DNA of 64,000 nucleotides from Bacillota bacterium (lineage in GTDB: Bacteria > Bacillota > Limnochordia > Darwinibacteriales > JAAYFS01): the NCBI GenBank assembly GCA_012728115.1, contig JAAYFS010000014.1, positions 2,279 through 66,278 on the forward strand. The letters are read 5' to 3'. Made by a program: the position numbers and the translations under genes. Positions 9,146 to 19,971 of the stretch are shown in pieces. The notes under the pieces were generated by a model that searched no databases, had not been told where the DNA came from, and saw nothing but the letters and a program-made list of their open reading frames with translations. The first letter of the stretch is position 1. Every line of letters begins with the position of its first letter.

Positions 9146-9735
9146 TCGTTATTATCGATAACTATGATTCATTTACGTACAATCTTTATCAATACTTTGG
9201 CGAGCTTGATCCGAATATTGCTGTTTTTCGTAACGATGAGATCACGATTCAGGAGTTAGAAAAATTGCCACTTAGCCATATCGTACTATCTTCTGGAGCG
9301 GGGTCGCCAGAAAACGCTGGTGTTTCTAGCCAGGTGGTAGCTACTTTTGCGGGTAAAGTTCCGATTCTAGGAATCGGTCTTGGCCACTTAGTAATTGCAA
9401 AACATTATGGAGCTCAAATAGTTCCCGCAAAAAGAATAGCGCATGGCAAAAGCATGAGCTTTAAGCACCAAGGAGAGCAGATCTTTCATGGGGTTAAGAA
9501 CCCACTAAAAGTTACCTGTTATCATTCGTTGATTGTTGAACCAGAATCGATTCCAGACGAGTTGAAGGTTCTGGCAATAAATAATGAAGCGGAAATAATG
9601 GCGATTCGTCATCAACAAGACTTGGTTTTTGGTCTTCAGTTTCATCCCGAAGCAATCGCGACGGAATGTGGTAAACAAGTATTACACAATTTCCTAAACC
9701 AAGAATTATTGGGAGGTGGAAGCTGTGTTGCCTGA
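9142..9735 (+). CDS. trpG: Anthranilate synthase component II (class I GATase fold), catalytic Cys absent
   Basis: IDNYDSFTYNL, YHSL and QFHPE motifs; nucleophile elbow reads GIGLGHL rather than GxCLGHQ. Confidence 0.92.
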   Translation: MIVIIDNYDSFTYNLYQYFGELDPNIAVFRNDEITIQELEKLPLSHIVLSSGAGSPENAGVSSQVVATFAGKVPILGIGLGHLVIAKHYGAQIVPAKRIAHGKSMSFKHQGEQIFHGVKNPLKVTCYHSLIVEPESIPDELKVLAINNEAEIMAIRHQQDLVFGLQFHPEAIATECGKQVLHNFLNQELLGGGSCVA

Positions 9736-10747
9736 GATCTTAAACAAATTAGTCAACAGAGAAGATCTAACTGAACTAGAAATGTTCAAGTTGATGAACC
9801 AGATTATGGACGGGGAATTAACACCAGCTCAGATTGGTGCGATCCTCATGGGTTTACGGATGAAGGGTGAAACAAGCGCTGAAATAACGGGAGGGGCTAG
9901 GGTGATGCGAGATAAAGCTGTGGCGATAAATACAGATGATCTCTATGCGATCGACACTTGTGGAACTGGTGGAGATGGCGCCCATACCTTTAATATTTCT
10001 ACGGCGGTAGCCTTGATCGCTGCCGCGGCTGGAGTGCCAGTATTTAAACATGGCAATCGGTCTGTGTCCAGTAAGTGCGGAAGTGCAGATGTCCTAGAAG
10101 AGCTAGGAATCAGAATCGATCTTTGCCCAGACAATGTGAAGGAATGTGTTCGCAATGTAAATATCGGGTTTTTGTTTGCCCCCAGGTTTCATAAAACAAT
10201 GGGAAATGTGGTCCAACCTCGGAGAGAGCTTGGAGTTAGAACAATTTTCAACGTTTTAGGACCTTTAACTAACCCTGCAAGGGTTAAGGGGCAAGTGCTC
10301 GGTGTATTCTCAGCTGATTTAACTGAAACCTTAGCTTCTGCTCTCAATGCGCTTGGTTGTGAAAGAGCGTTGGTTGTGCATGGATTAGACGGATTAGATG
10401 AAATTACGATCACCACCCAAACAAAAATTACTGAACTAAAGGATGGTAAGGTGGAAACGTATCTATTAGATCCGCTTCAGTTTGGAATAGAGTATGGACA
10501 CAAAGGCGAGCTAGTCGGCGGTGATGCAGTAGAAAACTCACGTATTATCACTAATATCTTGAATGGGGAAAAAGGAGCAAAGCGAGATATTGTGCTGTTA
10601 AATGCTGCCGCAGCTTTGTATGTTGGCAAGAAAGCATCAGATTTCAAAGAAGGTATTGAACTGGCTGCTGAGATCATCGACAGTGGTGCGGCTTTTCAGA
10701 CATTAAATAGATGGATCGAAGTATCACGGGAGCTGAGAGCGTCATGA
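9725..10747 (+). CDS. trpD: Anthranilate phosphoribosyltransferase
   Basis: DTCGTGGDG, FNIST, KHGNRSVSSKCGSADVLE, RTIFNVLGPL. Confidence 0.96.
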   Translation: MLPEILNKLVNREDLTELEMFKLMNQIMDGELTPAQIGAILMGLRMKGETSAEITGGARVMRDKAVAINTDDLYAIDTCGTGGDGAHTFNISTAVALIAAAAGVPVFKHGNRSVSSKCGSADVLEELGIRIDLCPDNVKECVRNVNIGFLFAPRFHKTMGNVVQPRRELGVRTIFNVLGPLTNPARVKGQVLGVFSADLTETLASALNALGCERALVVHGLDGLDEITITTQTKITELKDGKVETYLLDPLQFGIEYGHKGELVGGDAVENSRIITNILNGEKGAKRDIVLLNAAAALYVGKKASDFKEGIELAAEIIDSGAAFQTLNRWIEVSRELRAS

Positions 10748-11517
10748 TTCTAGAAAGAATAGTAAGAGACAGGAAAGAAGAAATTGGGGTATTGAAACAG
10801 AGTCAACCACTTGAGCAAATTATTGAATTTAAAGCTGGTCGGGATCTTAAGCAAGTCGTTAAACAAGCCAAAGGTTTGGGTATTATTGCCGAAGTTAAGA
10901 AGGCATCACCGTCCAAAGGATTAATCTGCGAAGCTTTTGATCCGTTGGCGATAGCTAAAGAGTACGAAGAACAGGGTGTAGCAGGTATTTCTGTTTTAAC
11001 CGAGCCTAAACACTTTCTTGGTAAAGATGAATATTTAACAGAGATTGCCAGTAACACCTCGATTCCAGTCTTACGCAAAGACTTTATTATCGATCCTTAT
11101 CAGGTTTTACAATCAAAGTTACTTGGGGCAGATTGTATTCTATTGATTGCGGCTGTGTTAGAGGATTCTGAACTGGTAAGTTTTCAGAAACTAGCAAAAG
11201 AACTTGAACTTCAGTGCTTGGTTGAAGTGCATAACAGAAAAGAGCTTGAAAGGGTACTAAAAACTGAAGCAAGCTTGATTGGAATTAATAATCGCGATCT
11301 TAATACCTTTAAGGTTGATTTGCAAACTACTTTGGAACTAGCACCCTTAATTCCAGAAGAGATTGTGGTAATCAGTGAAAGCGGTGTTCATACGAGAGAA
11401 GATATGCTGGTTCTTGAAGAAGCTGGGGTGGATGGAGTCTTAATTGGTGAGAGTTTGATGAAGGCTTCATCGATTCCGCTGAAGCTAAAAGAACTTCGGG
11501 GTGAGCTTGGTGGATAG
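10744..11517 (+). CDS. trpC: Indole-3-glycerol phosphate synthase
   Basis: IAEVKKASPSKG, ISVLTE, LRKDFIID, GINNRDL, SESG. Confidence 0.96.
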   Translation: MILERIVRDRKEEIGVLKQSQPLEQIIEFKAGRDLKQVVKQAKGLGIIAEVKKASPSKGLICEAFDPLAIAKEYEEQGVAGISVLTEPKHFLGKDEYLTEIASNTSIPVLRKDFIIDPYQVLQSKLLGADCILLIAAVLEDSELVSFQKLAKELELQCLVEVHNRKELERVLKTEASLIGINNRDLNTFKVDLQTTLELAPLIPEEIVVISESGVHTREDMLVLEEAGVDGVLIGESLMKASSIPLKLKELRGELGG

Positions 11518-12130
11518 AACCGTAAGGGTAAAGGTTTGCGGATTGACTCGAAAAACCGACATTGATTTTGTGAATGAACTTAAACCAGATTATGTTGGGT
11601 TTGTGTTTGCTCCAAGCAAGCGCCAGGTAAAACCAAAACAAGCGCGGCAAATGATCCTTGATTTAGAGCCATCGATTAAAAAGGTTGGAATCTTTGTTGA
11701 TGCACCGAAAGAGTTTGTTAAGGACGTTTCCGAGGAGTGTAGTCTTGATATTCTGCAATTTCATGGCAATGAAACAAACGAGTATTGGCAAGGATTGGCA
11801 AAGCCTGTTTGGAAGGCTTTGCGGATAAGAAGTAAAGAGGATCTTGCGCTCGTTAACTCGTTAAAAAATATTGATGCGATACTACTTGATTCACCGACGG
11901 CTGGCTCGGGGAAGACATTTGACTGGAGCGTAGGTTCGGGTCTGAAAAGCTTTCATCCACTAGTCTTGGCAGGCGGATTAAACGCAGAAAATGTTACTGA
12001 AGCAATCGCGATTTTTAAACCCTTCGCGGTGGATGTGAGTAGTGGTGTTGAAACGGATGGACTGAAGGATTATATCAAGATCAAACAATTTATCGAGAAT
12101 GTGAGGAGATTTTGTGAGTACGATGATTAG
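11501..12130 (+). CDS. trpF: Phosphoribosylanthranilate isomerase
   Basis: [30 protein letters not shown]. Confidence 0.96.
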   Translation: MSLVDRTVRVKVCGLTRKTDIDFVNELKPDYVGFVFAPSKRQVKPKQARQMILDLEPSIKKVGIFVDAPKEFVKDVSEECSLDILQFHGNETNEYWQGLAKPVWKALRIRSKEDLALVNSLKNIDAILLDSPTAGSGKTFDWSVGSGLKSFHPLVLAGGLNAENVTEAIAIFKPFAVDVSSGVETDGLKDYIKIKQFIENVRRFCEYDD

Positions 12131-13310
12131 AGAAAGCAGATTTGGAATGTTCGGCGGCCAATATGTCCCCGAAACCTTAATGAGTGCACTGACTGAATTA
12201 GAGATTGAGTATAAAAAGTGTTTAGAGGATCCAGAGTTTTGGGCTGAGTATCAGTACTATGTTCGCGAATATTCAGGTAGACCAACTCCTCTTTATTACG
12301 CTGAAAACCTAACCAAAGAACTTGGTGGCGGTAAGATCTATCTCAAACGTGAGGATCTTAATCATACAGGCGCTCATAAGATCAATAACGTAATCGGGCA
12401 AGTGCTTTTAGCTCAAAGGATGGGTAAAAAGCGAATCATAGCCGAAACGGGAGCTGGACAGCATGGAGTAGCTACAGCTACCATTTGTGCGATGATGAAT
12501 TTAGAATGCGAAATCTTTATGGGTGAAGAAGATGTAAAAAGGCAAGAATTAAACGTATTTCGAATGAAGTTATTAGGAGCGAAAGTGACTGCTGTTAGTT
12601 CTGGCACTAAGACTTTGAAAGATGCGACTAATGAAGCGATTAGGGATTGGGTTACTAATGTCGATGATACCTTTTACGTAATTGGTTCGGTGGTCGGACC
12701 GCATCCATATCCATCGATGGTCAGGGATTTTCAACGCATCATCGGAGATGAGGTAAAGGAACAGATTTTAGCTATTGAAGGGCGTTTACCTGATTATTTA
12801 GTAGCTTGCGTTGGTGGCGGAAGCAACGCAATGGGATTATTCTATCCTTTTATCAACGATACCGAAGTAAAACTTTGTGGTGTTGAAGCTGGTGGGCTAG
12901 GCTTAGATACTTCCAAACATGCTGCTACCATCAGTAAGGGTTCACCTGGTGTGATTCATGGAATGATGACTTATCTATTACAAGATACTGAAGGACAGAT
13001 CATACCTGTTCATTCAATTTCTGCTGGACTTGATTATCCAGGAGTTGGACCAGAACATGCTTACCTTTATCAAAAAGGAAGAGCTCAATACAACGCTATT
13101 ACCGACAGTGAAGCTTTGGAAGCTTTTCAATTCCTCTCAAGAATCGAGGGAATTATTCCTGCTTTAGAAAGTGCACATGCCATAGCCTATGCTAAGAAAC
13201 TTGCACCAACAACCAGTAAGGATGATTTGATCGTTGTGAATCTCTCTGGTCGGGGGGATAAAGATGTTTATACTGTGGCAGAAGCATTGAAAGAAGGTGG
13301 ACTAAGATGA
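12114..13310 (+). CDS. trpB: Tryptophan synthase beta chain
   Basis: [47 protein letters not shown]. Confidence 0.98.
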   Translation: MSTMIRESRFGMFGGQYVPETLMSALTELEIEYKKCLEDPEFWAEYQYYVREYSGRPTPLYYAENLTKELGGGKIYLKREDLNHTGAHKINNVIGQVLLAQRMGKKRIIAETGAGQHGVATATICAMMNLECEIFMGEEDVKRQELNVFRMKLLGAKVTAVSSGTKTLKDATNEAIRDWVTNVDDTFYVIGSVVGPHPYPSMVRDFQRIIGDEVKEQILAIEGRLPDYLVACVGGGSNAMGLFYPFINDTEVKLCGVEAGGLGLDTSKHAATISKGSPGVIHGMMTYLLQDTEGQIIPVHSISAGLDYPGVGPEHAYLYQKGRAQYNAITDSEALEAFQFLSRIEGIIPALESAHAIAYAKKLAPTTSKDDLIVVNLSGRGDKDVYTVAEALKEGGLR

Positions 13311-14101
13311 GAATCCAATCCGTATTTGAAAATCTACTTCATCAAGGAAAGAAAGCGTTAATACCATATATTACTGCGGGCGATCCGAGTATTGCTGCCA
13401 CCGAGGAACTTGTTATAGCAATGGATCAAGCTGGCGCGAATATTATCGAGCTTGGGGTACCGTACTCCGATCCATTAGCTGATGGGGTTGTTATTCAACG
13501 AGCGACTCAGCGCGCCCTCGAAGCGGGAACCAACTTGGAAAAGGTTTTTGAGTTAGTTAGATCCTTGAATGGGAAGATAAAAGCACCATTAGTGCTACTC
13601 GTGTACTTTAACCCAATCTATCAATACGGAATCAAAAACTTTATTGAAAAATGTGTGGCTGTTGGTGTCGCAGGTTTAGTAATCCCCGATCTTCCAATAG
13701 AAGAAAGGGAGGAAATTAGGAAGATTGTCGATAGCGGTAATTACCCACTTGATCTGATTCCACTAGTTGCCCCAACCTCCCGTGAACGGATCAAGAGGGT
13801 AGTAGACGAAGCGTCGGGGTTTGTTTATGCAGTCTCTTCCAAAGGGGTAACAGGTGTGAGAAAGAAGTTTTCTGAAGACCTGGAGGGTTTTATCGGACAA
13901 ATAAAAGCCGTAACCGATATCCCAGTCGCACTTGGATTTGGAATCGGAGATGTAGAAACGGTTAGTAAAATAAAAGATTATGTTGATGGAGTTATCATTG
14001 GTAGTGTGTTAGTAGAGATGATTGAAAAGGCTAGTACTCAGAACGAAGCAGTTGGGAGAATAGGAAATTTTATAAAAACTCTTCGGGAGGTACTCGATTA
14101 G
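13307..14101 (+). CDS. trpA: Tryptophan synthase alpha chain
   Basis: [32 protein letters not shown]. Confidence 0.97.
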   Translation: MRIQSVFENLLHQGKKALIPYITAGDPSIAATEELVIAMDQAGANIIELGVPYSDPLADGVVIQRATQRALEAGTNLEKVFELVRSLNGKIKAPLVLLVYFNPIYQYGIKNFIEKCVAVGVAGLVIPDLPIEEREEIRKIVDSGNYPLDLIPLVAPTSRERIKRVVDEASGFVYAVSSKGVTGVRKKFSEDLEGFIGQIKAVTDIPVALGFGIGDVETVSKIKDYVDGVIIGSVLVEMIEKASTQNEAVGRIGNFIKTLREVLD

Positions 14102-14122
14102 TAGCTTAATGAAACGTAAAAC

Positions 14123-14181
14123 GGAAAAGAGGGAGAGAAGTGACCACAACGCGCCACTACTCTCCCTCTTTCCTGTTTTTT
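14123..14181. terminator. Bidirectional terminator between trpA and thrB
   Basis: GGAAAAGAGGGAGAG...CTCTCCCTCTTTCC stem with flanking A/T tracts between convergent genes. Confidence 0.75.
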
Positions 14182-14259
14182 CTCTTCTCGCTATTTTGTA
14201 ATCTCACATAAGGAATGCAAAAGTTTATCTGCAAAACTTAAAAAGGGCTATTATTTTCT

Positions 14260-15177
14260 TTATGAAAAAGAGTCAATAGTTTTCGCTCCGTTATTACAGA
14301 TCTTAGTACACACAATCTTTGCCTCTACTCCGAAACGTTTAAATGCCAGCCTCATTGCTTCACCAACGTTTTCGGGATCTTTCTCGCTCAAGGCCAGCAT
14401 GGTTGGACCAGCACCGCTTAGAACTGAAGCTATAGCTCCTGCTCGCTTAGCCGCTTGAATCACTTCTTGCAGACCAGGGATCAATGAAGAGCGATATTGC
14501 TGATGAAGCCTATCTTCGGTTGCCCAGGATAAGTGATGAAATTCTGATTTCATTAAAGCACCGACCAAACAAGCAACTCGGCTAATGTTGAAGACAACGT
14601 CTTTTAACGGTACTTCTTTTGGTAAACAAGAGCGAGAGGCCTTGGTTTTTAACTGAAAATCGGGAATAGCCAAGACAATTTGAAGTTCATTATCTGGATG
14701 AGCAGTAATGTACTTAACTGAGTTTTCTGCTAAACAGGATGCAACAAAACCCCCAAAAAAGGCGGGGGCGACATTATCAGGATGTCCCTCGAGTTTGGTT
14801 GCAATTTCCAATAACTCAACGATCGATAGAGGATTGCCAATAAGGTGATTAGCAGCTAACACGCCACCGACAATAGCAGCCGAGCTACTTCCTAAACCAC
14901 GCGATAAAGGAATCTCGTTATGTTGGATGATCCTTAGACCGCTCGGATACTTATTAGCTTTTTTAAATACAGCCATAGCTGCTCTAAAGACTAAATTACT
15001 CTTGTTAGTAGGTAATTCCCCTGCTCCTTCACCAGTGATCGTGATCCTTAGTCCTTGTTCAATTTCTTCCATTTCAAGATAATTAAATAGTTCGATAGCT
15101 AGACCGAGAGAATCAAATCCAGGACCAAGATTGGCGGATGTAGCTGGGACTCGATATTTAACTTTCAAAATTGTCAC
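14260..15177 (-). CDS. thrB: Homoserine kinase
   Basis: [38 protein letters not shown]. Confidence 0.97.
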   Translation of the reverse strand: MTILKVKYRVPATSANLGPGFDSLGLAIELFNYLEMEEIEQGLRITITGEGAGELPTNKSNLVFRAAMAVFKKANKYPSGLRIIQHNEIPLSRGLGSSSAAIVGGVLAANHLIGNPLSIVELLEIATKLEGHPDNVAPAFFGGFVASCLAENSVKYITAHPDNELQIVLAIPDFQLKTKASRSCLPKEVPLKDVVFNISRVACLVGALMKSEFHHLSWATEDRLHQQYRSSLIPGLQEVIQAAKRAGAIASVLSGAGPTMLALSEKDPENVGEAMRLAFKRFGVEAKIVCTKICNNGAKTIDSFS

Positions 15178-16229
15178 CTCATCAGTTCTTCGACGATCGT
15201 TTCGTAGTGAGCGGGTACTTCCTTGATTCGATCACTGATGGCGATTGCTTGATCAGGATCTTTTAGACCATTACCCGTAAGCACACAAACGATGGAACTA
15301 CCTTCGGGGAAGTAGTTTTGATTAACTAACTTTATTACCCCTGCTATTGAAGCTGCAGAGGCAGGTTCAGCAAATATTCCTTCCGTACTAGCGAGTAACT
15401 TATAGGCTGCGAGGATTTCCTCATCCGTAACTGAATCAATCAAACCGCCTGATTGGTCTCTTGCTTCAACTGCTTTCTGCCAACTAGCTGGATTTCCGAT
15501 ACGAATAGCAGTAGCAATGGTTTCAGGGTTTTTAACAACTTTATTCCTCACTATTGGTGCAGATCCAGCTGCTTGGAAACCGAGCATTTTGGGCAGGTTC
15601 TTTGATAGATTCTTATTTTTGTATTCCAGAAAGCCTTTCCAATAAGCCGTGATATTACCTGCATTGCCGACAGGAATAGCAAGATAATCTGGCGCATCAC
15701 CTAATTGGTCGCAGACTTCAAAGGCTGCAGTTTTTTGCCCTTCGATTCGATACGGATTAATCGAATTGACAAGGGTGATCGGATGGTTTGTATTTATAAC
15801 TTTAACCATCTCCAAAGCATCATCAAAATTGCCATCGATTGCTAATACCCTAGCCCCATACGCTAGTGCTTGGGCTAGTTTCCCTAAAGCAACAGCATTT
15901 TGGGGCAAGAGCACGAAACATTTCATTCCAGCGCGGGCTGCATAGGCAGCAGCGGCTGCCGATGTGTTTCCCGTACTAGCGCAAACAATAGCTGAGGAGC
16001 CTTCTTCTAATGCCTTAGATACAGCCATTGTCATCCCGCGATCCTTAAAAGAACCTGTTGGGTTTTGCCCTTCAAATTTAAGATAGATGTTTAGTTTAGC
16101 ACCGATTTTTTCGGTTAAGCGGTTTGCTTTAAGTAGAAGAGTGTTACCTTCATTGAGAGTAACGATCGGTGTTTTTTCGCTGATAGGGAGAAATTCTTTG
16201 TATCTATTTATCAAACCAGCCCAACGCAT
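15174..16229 (-). CDS. thrC: Threonine synthase
   Basis: [38 protein letters not shown]. Confidence 0.97.
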   Translation of the reverse strand: MRWAGLINRYKEFLPISEKTPIVTLNEGNTLLLKANRLTEKIGAKLNIYLKFEGQNPTGSFKDRGMTMAVSKALEEGSSAIVCASTGNTSAAAAAYAARAGMKCFVLLPQNAVALGKLAQALAYGARVLAIDGNFDDALEMVKVINTNHPITLVNSINPYRIEGQKTAAFEVCDQLGDAPDYLAIPVGNAGNITAYWKGFLEYKNKNLSKNLPKMLGFQAAGSAPIVRNKVVKNPETIATAIRIGNPASWQKAVEARDQSGGLIDSVTDEEILAAYKLLASTEGIFAEPASAASIAGVIKLVNQNYFPEGSSIVCVLTGNGLKDPDQAIAISDRIKEVPAHYETIVEELMR

Positions 16230-16235
16230 TGGAAA

Positions 16236-17531
16236 TTAGCTCCTTTCTAGTACGCGAATAACATTACTGATTTCTTGGATACTAGGTAGTGCATTGATTC
16301 GATTAAGTGCTCGATAGAAGTTAGCTTCTTTAACATGATGAGTAATAAGTACAATTTCAGGTACATTATCATCGCCGAATTTTTGCAAGATCCGATCAAG
16401 GCTGATTTCTTCATCAGCAAAAGCAGTCGCAAGGGCGGCGAAAACACCTGGTTGCTCGATAGCTTGGATCCTCACATAGAAGCGTGATTTTAGTTCTGTC
16501 ATCGGTAGAACATCAAGGTCTCTAGACCATGCTTCGATCACATTATTTTCAACTCCATTGATGATTCTCCGAGCAATGCCGATGATATCGCTAACGATTG
16601 CACTGCCAGTTGGGAGTGAACCAGCACCTCGACCATAGAACATTACTTCACCAACGGCATCGCCATTAACCCAAATAGCGTTGAACTCGTTACTGACTGA
16701 AGCTAATGGGTGATATTTATGCACCAATGTTGGATGAACACGTAAGGCTAGACTACCATTATTCTTCTCAGCGATAGCTAGTAATTTGATTACATAGCCA
16801 AGGTCCTCCGCATATTGAATGTCTCGTAAAGTTATATTTTCAATGCTTTCAGTATAGATTTGATCCACAGAAACATTGCCATGGAAAGCTAGTCGTGATA
16901 ATATCGCCAGCTTGTACGCAGCATCGCGCCCTTGAAGATCAGAAGAAGGATCTTGTTCGGCAAAACCTTTCTCTTGGGCTTCCTTAAGGGCATCGGCAAA
17001 TTCCTTTTTACCAACACTCATTTGAGTCAATATGTAATTAGTCGTTCCGTTGATAATACCCATTACGCTCTGGATTTCATTAGCTGATAAGCTATGTTTT
17101 AATGGCCTAATAATTGGAATACCGCCTCCGACACTAGCTTCGTAGTAAAGACCTGATTTAGTTTCTTCAGCAAGTTGGAGAAGTTCAGTTCCGTGTTGAG
17201 CCATTAAATCTTTATTAGCAGTTACCACATGTTTTTTGTTTTTTAGTGCTTGGGTGATATATTGTCGAGCCATTTCTACTCCGCCCATTACCTCGACAAC
17301 GATATCGATTTCGGGATCTTCAAGAATGTCATTTGGATCTTGAGTTAGCTGTAACCCTTCTACCGAAACAGAACGAGCTTTCGCAACGTCTCTAACCAAA
17401 ACCTTGCTTACTTCTAGGCTCGCCCCTAATTGATTAGTGATTTGCTCTCGATTGTTCCGAAGTATTTCGATTGTGCCTGAACCGACGACTCCCAAGCCCA
17501 ATAATCCTAGTTTGATAACCTTCTCACTCAT
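16236..17531 (-). CDS. hom: Homoserine dehydrogenase with C-terminal ACT domain
   Basis: LGLGVVGSG, VVTANKD, YEASVGGGIP, GIINGTTNYIL, YGRGAGSLPT; start set at the ATG of MSEKVIK. Confidence 0.96.
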   Translation of the reverse strand: MSEKVIKLGLLGLGVVGSGTIEILRNNREQITNQLGASLEVSKVLVRDVAKARSVSVEGLQLTQDPNDILEDPEIDIVVEVMGGVEMARQYITQALKNKKHVVTANKDLMAQHGTELLQLAEETKSGLYYEASVGGGIPIIRPLKHSLSANEIQSVMGIINGTTNYILTQMSVGKKEFADALKEAQEKGFAEQDPSSDLQGRDAAYKLAILSRLAFHGNVSVDQIYTESIENITLRDIQYAEDLGYVIKLLAIAEKNNGSLALRVHPTLVHKYHPLASVSNEFNAIWVNGDAVGEVMFYGRGAGSLPTGSAIVSDIIGIARRIINGVENNVIEAWSRDLDVLPMTELKSRFYVRIQAIEQPGVFAALATAFADEEISLDRILQKFGDDNVPEIVLITHHVKEANFYRALNRINALPSIQEISNVIRVLERS

Positions 17532-18059
17532 TGCAAACACCTTTCTCTCCATATTTTCTCGATGATATTTCAGCTATTATACCATAAAAAGTATTGTGTT
17601 ACTATCAAAGGTTTATATTCGATTATAGCATGCTATTAATTCATACTCCCACTTGAATTTATGGATAGCTAGTAATGAAGACAACCTGGGATTGCATATC
17701 GATGAGGTATTGATCACCGATCATTACATTATCCTAGTACAAGGCTTTTACTTCATGTTCTATCCAATCAATTCTGTCAGTGTTTTATCATTCAGGGGTC
17801 TGTTTTAGAGGATAGAAAAATCAATATCTGATTATTTCTATACCAAAAGGCGTCTTTGTTTGGTTTTCCAAAAGAGACGCCTTTTGTTCGTCATAAAGGA
17901 ATAATCCTGAAGAAACAAAGGAAATTGAAACGATGAGGGATAACTATTCACTTAAGAGACAAATTACGAAGATCTATAATTATCGATCGGTTAGAAAAAT
18001 AACCAAGTTTTAGTGGTTGAGAATTTTTCGGATTGAACTTGAGTTTAGGAGGAACGCCA

Positions 18060-19007
18060 ATGTTAAAGCCAAGAAGTTTAGTCATCGTTGTTTGTTTGTG
18101 GCTACTTATAGCTGTAACTGCTAGTGCCTGGGAAGGTCATGAAATTATTACTGCCATTTCGTTACAGGAAATTGAAGGACTAGATGTTATTCTGGAAAAA
18201 ACCGAATATACTTATGATGATATTGATCAGAGTGAGTATAATCCAGAATTCAAAATAAAGTATATATATCAAGATAAGGAATATATCACTGCATTGGATG
18301 TTTTAATTGGATACTCATCCGAGCCAGATTGGGGGCTGGATACTAATTTGGAGTTATCCAAATGGCAGTCGCTAACAGGCGGAAGTCAAGGATACCGCCA
18401 TCAAAGATATGCTACTCTTTGGGGGCTTGTTACAATTGGCGTTGCTCCTGAACGAGCGCAACATTTTTATGATTTAGCTTTGCTTGCTTATGAACAAGGT
18501 GACTATTATTGGGCATATCGATTTTTAGCGAGATCTCTTCATTATCTGCAGGATATGGGTCAACCATTGCACGCGCTACCTTTACCATTACCTCAAATTG
18601 CGTTTCGTCACAAGTTTAATATAGAAGAGACGACAGTTGTAGCGTCTAACGTTCATTTCAATCTCGAAGCTTTTGTTGCTCATCAAATGCGAGAAGAATA
18701 TGATTATTACACCCTTGTACTTGGTGGTGATTATTATGATGAAATAGAAGATGTAAATAAGGCAGCGATTGAACTGAATAATCAGGTGCGAGAAAAAGCA
18801 GGGCATCAGTATGTATTGGTAACTATGATTTGGCCTGATGTCTTAAAGGATGAACCTGTAACTATTGATCACTCTATAAAATTGGAGCATTATGACCGAA
18901 AAAGTATGTTTAGGTTATTTGATATAATCGACGAAACCCTAGAGGAAACAGCACGATATTCCCGCGGACTTATTATTAAATTCTTGGAGGATACAGGGCA
19001 ACTGTAG
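18060..19007 (+). CDS. Secreted Zn-dependent phospholipase C / S1-P1 nuclease superfamily protein
   Basis: AGGAGG RBS; signal peptide ending ASA|W; mature N-terminal WEGH, EPDW, HYLQDMGQPLH and HFNLE Zn-ligand pattern. Confidence 0.7.
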   Translation: MLKPRSLVIVVCLWLLIAVTASAWEGHEIITAISLQEIEGLDVILEKTEYTYDDIDQSEYNPEFKIKYIYQDKEYITALDVLIGYSSEPDWGLDTNLELSKWQSLTGGSQGYRHQRYATLWGLVTIGVAPERAQHFYDLALLAYEQGDYYWAYRFLARSLHYLQDMGQPLHALPLPLPQIAFRHKFNIEETTVVASNVHFNLEAFVAHQMREEYDYYTLVLGGDYYDEIEDVNKAAIELNNQVREKAGHQYVLVTMIWPDVLKDEPVTIDHSIKLEHYDRKSMFRLFDIIDETLEETARYSRGLIIKFLEDTGQL

Positions 19008-19032
19008 AGAAGTAAAGTAAAAGTACTTGCTG

Positions 19033-19064
19033 CATCTTCGGCTATTGACTGGAGATGTTTTTTT
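19033..19064 (+). terminator. Probable intrinsic terminator
   Basis: CATCTTCGG/CTGGAGATG stem + T7. Confidence 0.55.
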
Positions 19065-19089
19065 ATCGTAGATCAGGAGGTTTTTTGTA

Positions 19090-19971
19090 ATGAAAAATTC
19101 AAGGATTATTCTAATAACTCTTCTTACTCTTATATTCCTTTTTGGAGTAAATAGTCTTTCAGTGATTGCTAGTAACATTATTCTCGATCAGTATGACCGA
19201 GAAGTAAGAATAGTAGAAAATCCAACCAGGATAGTATCGATTGCCCCAAGTAATACTGCTCTTTTGATCGAGTTAGGTTTAGGAGAAAGAATCGTTGGTG
19301 TAACAAATTGGTGTTTTTTTGAGGAAGTAGAGGATGTAACACGAGTTGGCGATATTGATCCACTTAATCTGGAGTTAATCGTTTCTTTGAATCCAGACTT
19401 AATCGTCGCCCATCGTTTAAATGGCAAAGAAGTTGTTGATCGTTTGACCGAATTTGGATTCAATGTGTTAGCTTTTAACCCTAACAATCTGGAAGCGTTA
19501 ATCGAAAGTGTAGAAATACTTGGTAAGGTTGCAGGTGTTGAAGAAAAAGCAGCTGAATTGGTTAGCGAGATGCGAGCTAAATTAAAGCGAGCTAAAGAAG
19601 ATGGCGGAAAGAATAAAGAAAAAGGTTTAAAAGTTTTCTATTTAATGTTCGATGGAGAACCACTTTGGACTGCTGGACCAGGTTCATTCATTCATGAAAC
19701 GATCGAATTAGCTGGCGGAATCAATATTGCTGGGGATCAACCATTTGAATGGGTGCAAATTGACTTGGAAGCTATTTATGAAGCTAATCCAGACATCATT
19801 ATTTATGGTGGAGATCCAGAAGAAATATATAACTCCAAGCGCTGGTCGCCACTGGCTGCAGCAAAAAAGAGCCAAGTTTACCAATTAGATATGAGCGTTT
19901 TTGAAGTGGCAACCCCTGCAATGTTCGATGAAATTCTTAAACTTGTTGAGCTGCTGGCTGGTAGTAAGTGA
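19090..19971 (+). CDS. BtuF-like cobalamin/siderophore ABC substrate-binding protein
   Basis: DQYDREV...PTRIVSIAPSNT, IVGVT, NLELIVSLNPDL, WTAGPGSFI; next to cobU-like gene. Confidence 0.85.
   Translation: MKNSRIILITLLTLIFLFGVNSLSVIASNIILDQYDREVRIVENPTRIVSIAPSNTALLIELGLGERIVGVTNWCFFEEVEDVTRVGDIDPLNLELIVSLNPDLIVAHRLNGKEVVDRLTEFGFNVLAFNPNNLEALIESVEILGKVAGVEEKAAELVSEMRAKLKRAKEDGGKNKEKGLKVFYLMFDGEPLWTAGPGSFIHETIELAGGINIAGDQPFEWVQIDLEAIYEANPDIIIYGGDPEEIYNSKRWSPLAAAKKSQVYQLDMSVFEVATPAMFDEILKLVELLAGSK

Noticed and set aside
17653-17808. 51-codon plus-strand ORF from TTG
   Set aside because: No RBS and no motif; kept only as unexplained sequence in the hairpin finding
17560-18030. Thr T-box or lysine/SAM riboswitch upstream of hom
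   Set aside because: No GGTGGxACCGCG-like T-box or riboswitch consensus found on the minus strand
19007-19090. Cobalamin riboswitch before the Btu-like operon
   Set aside because: Region too short; no B12-box elements
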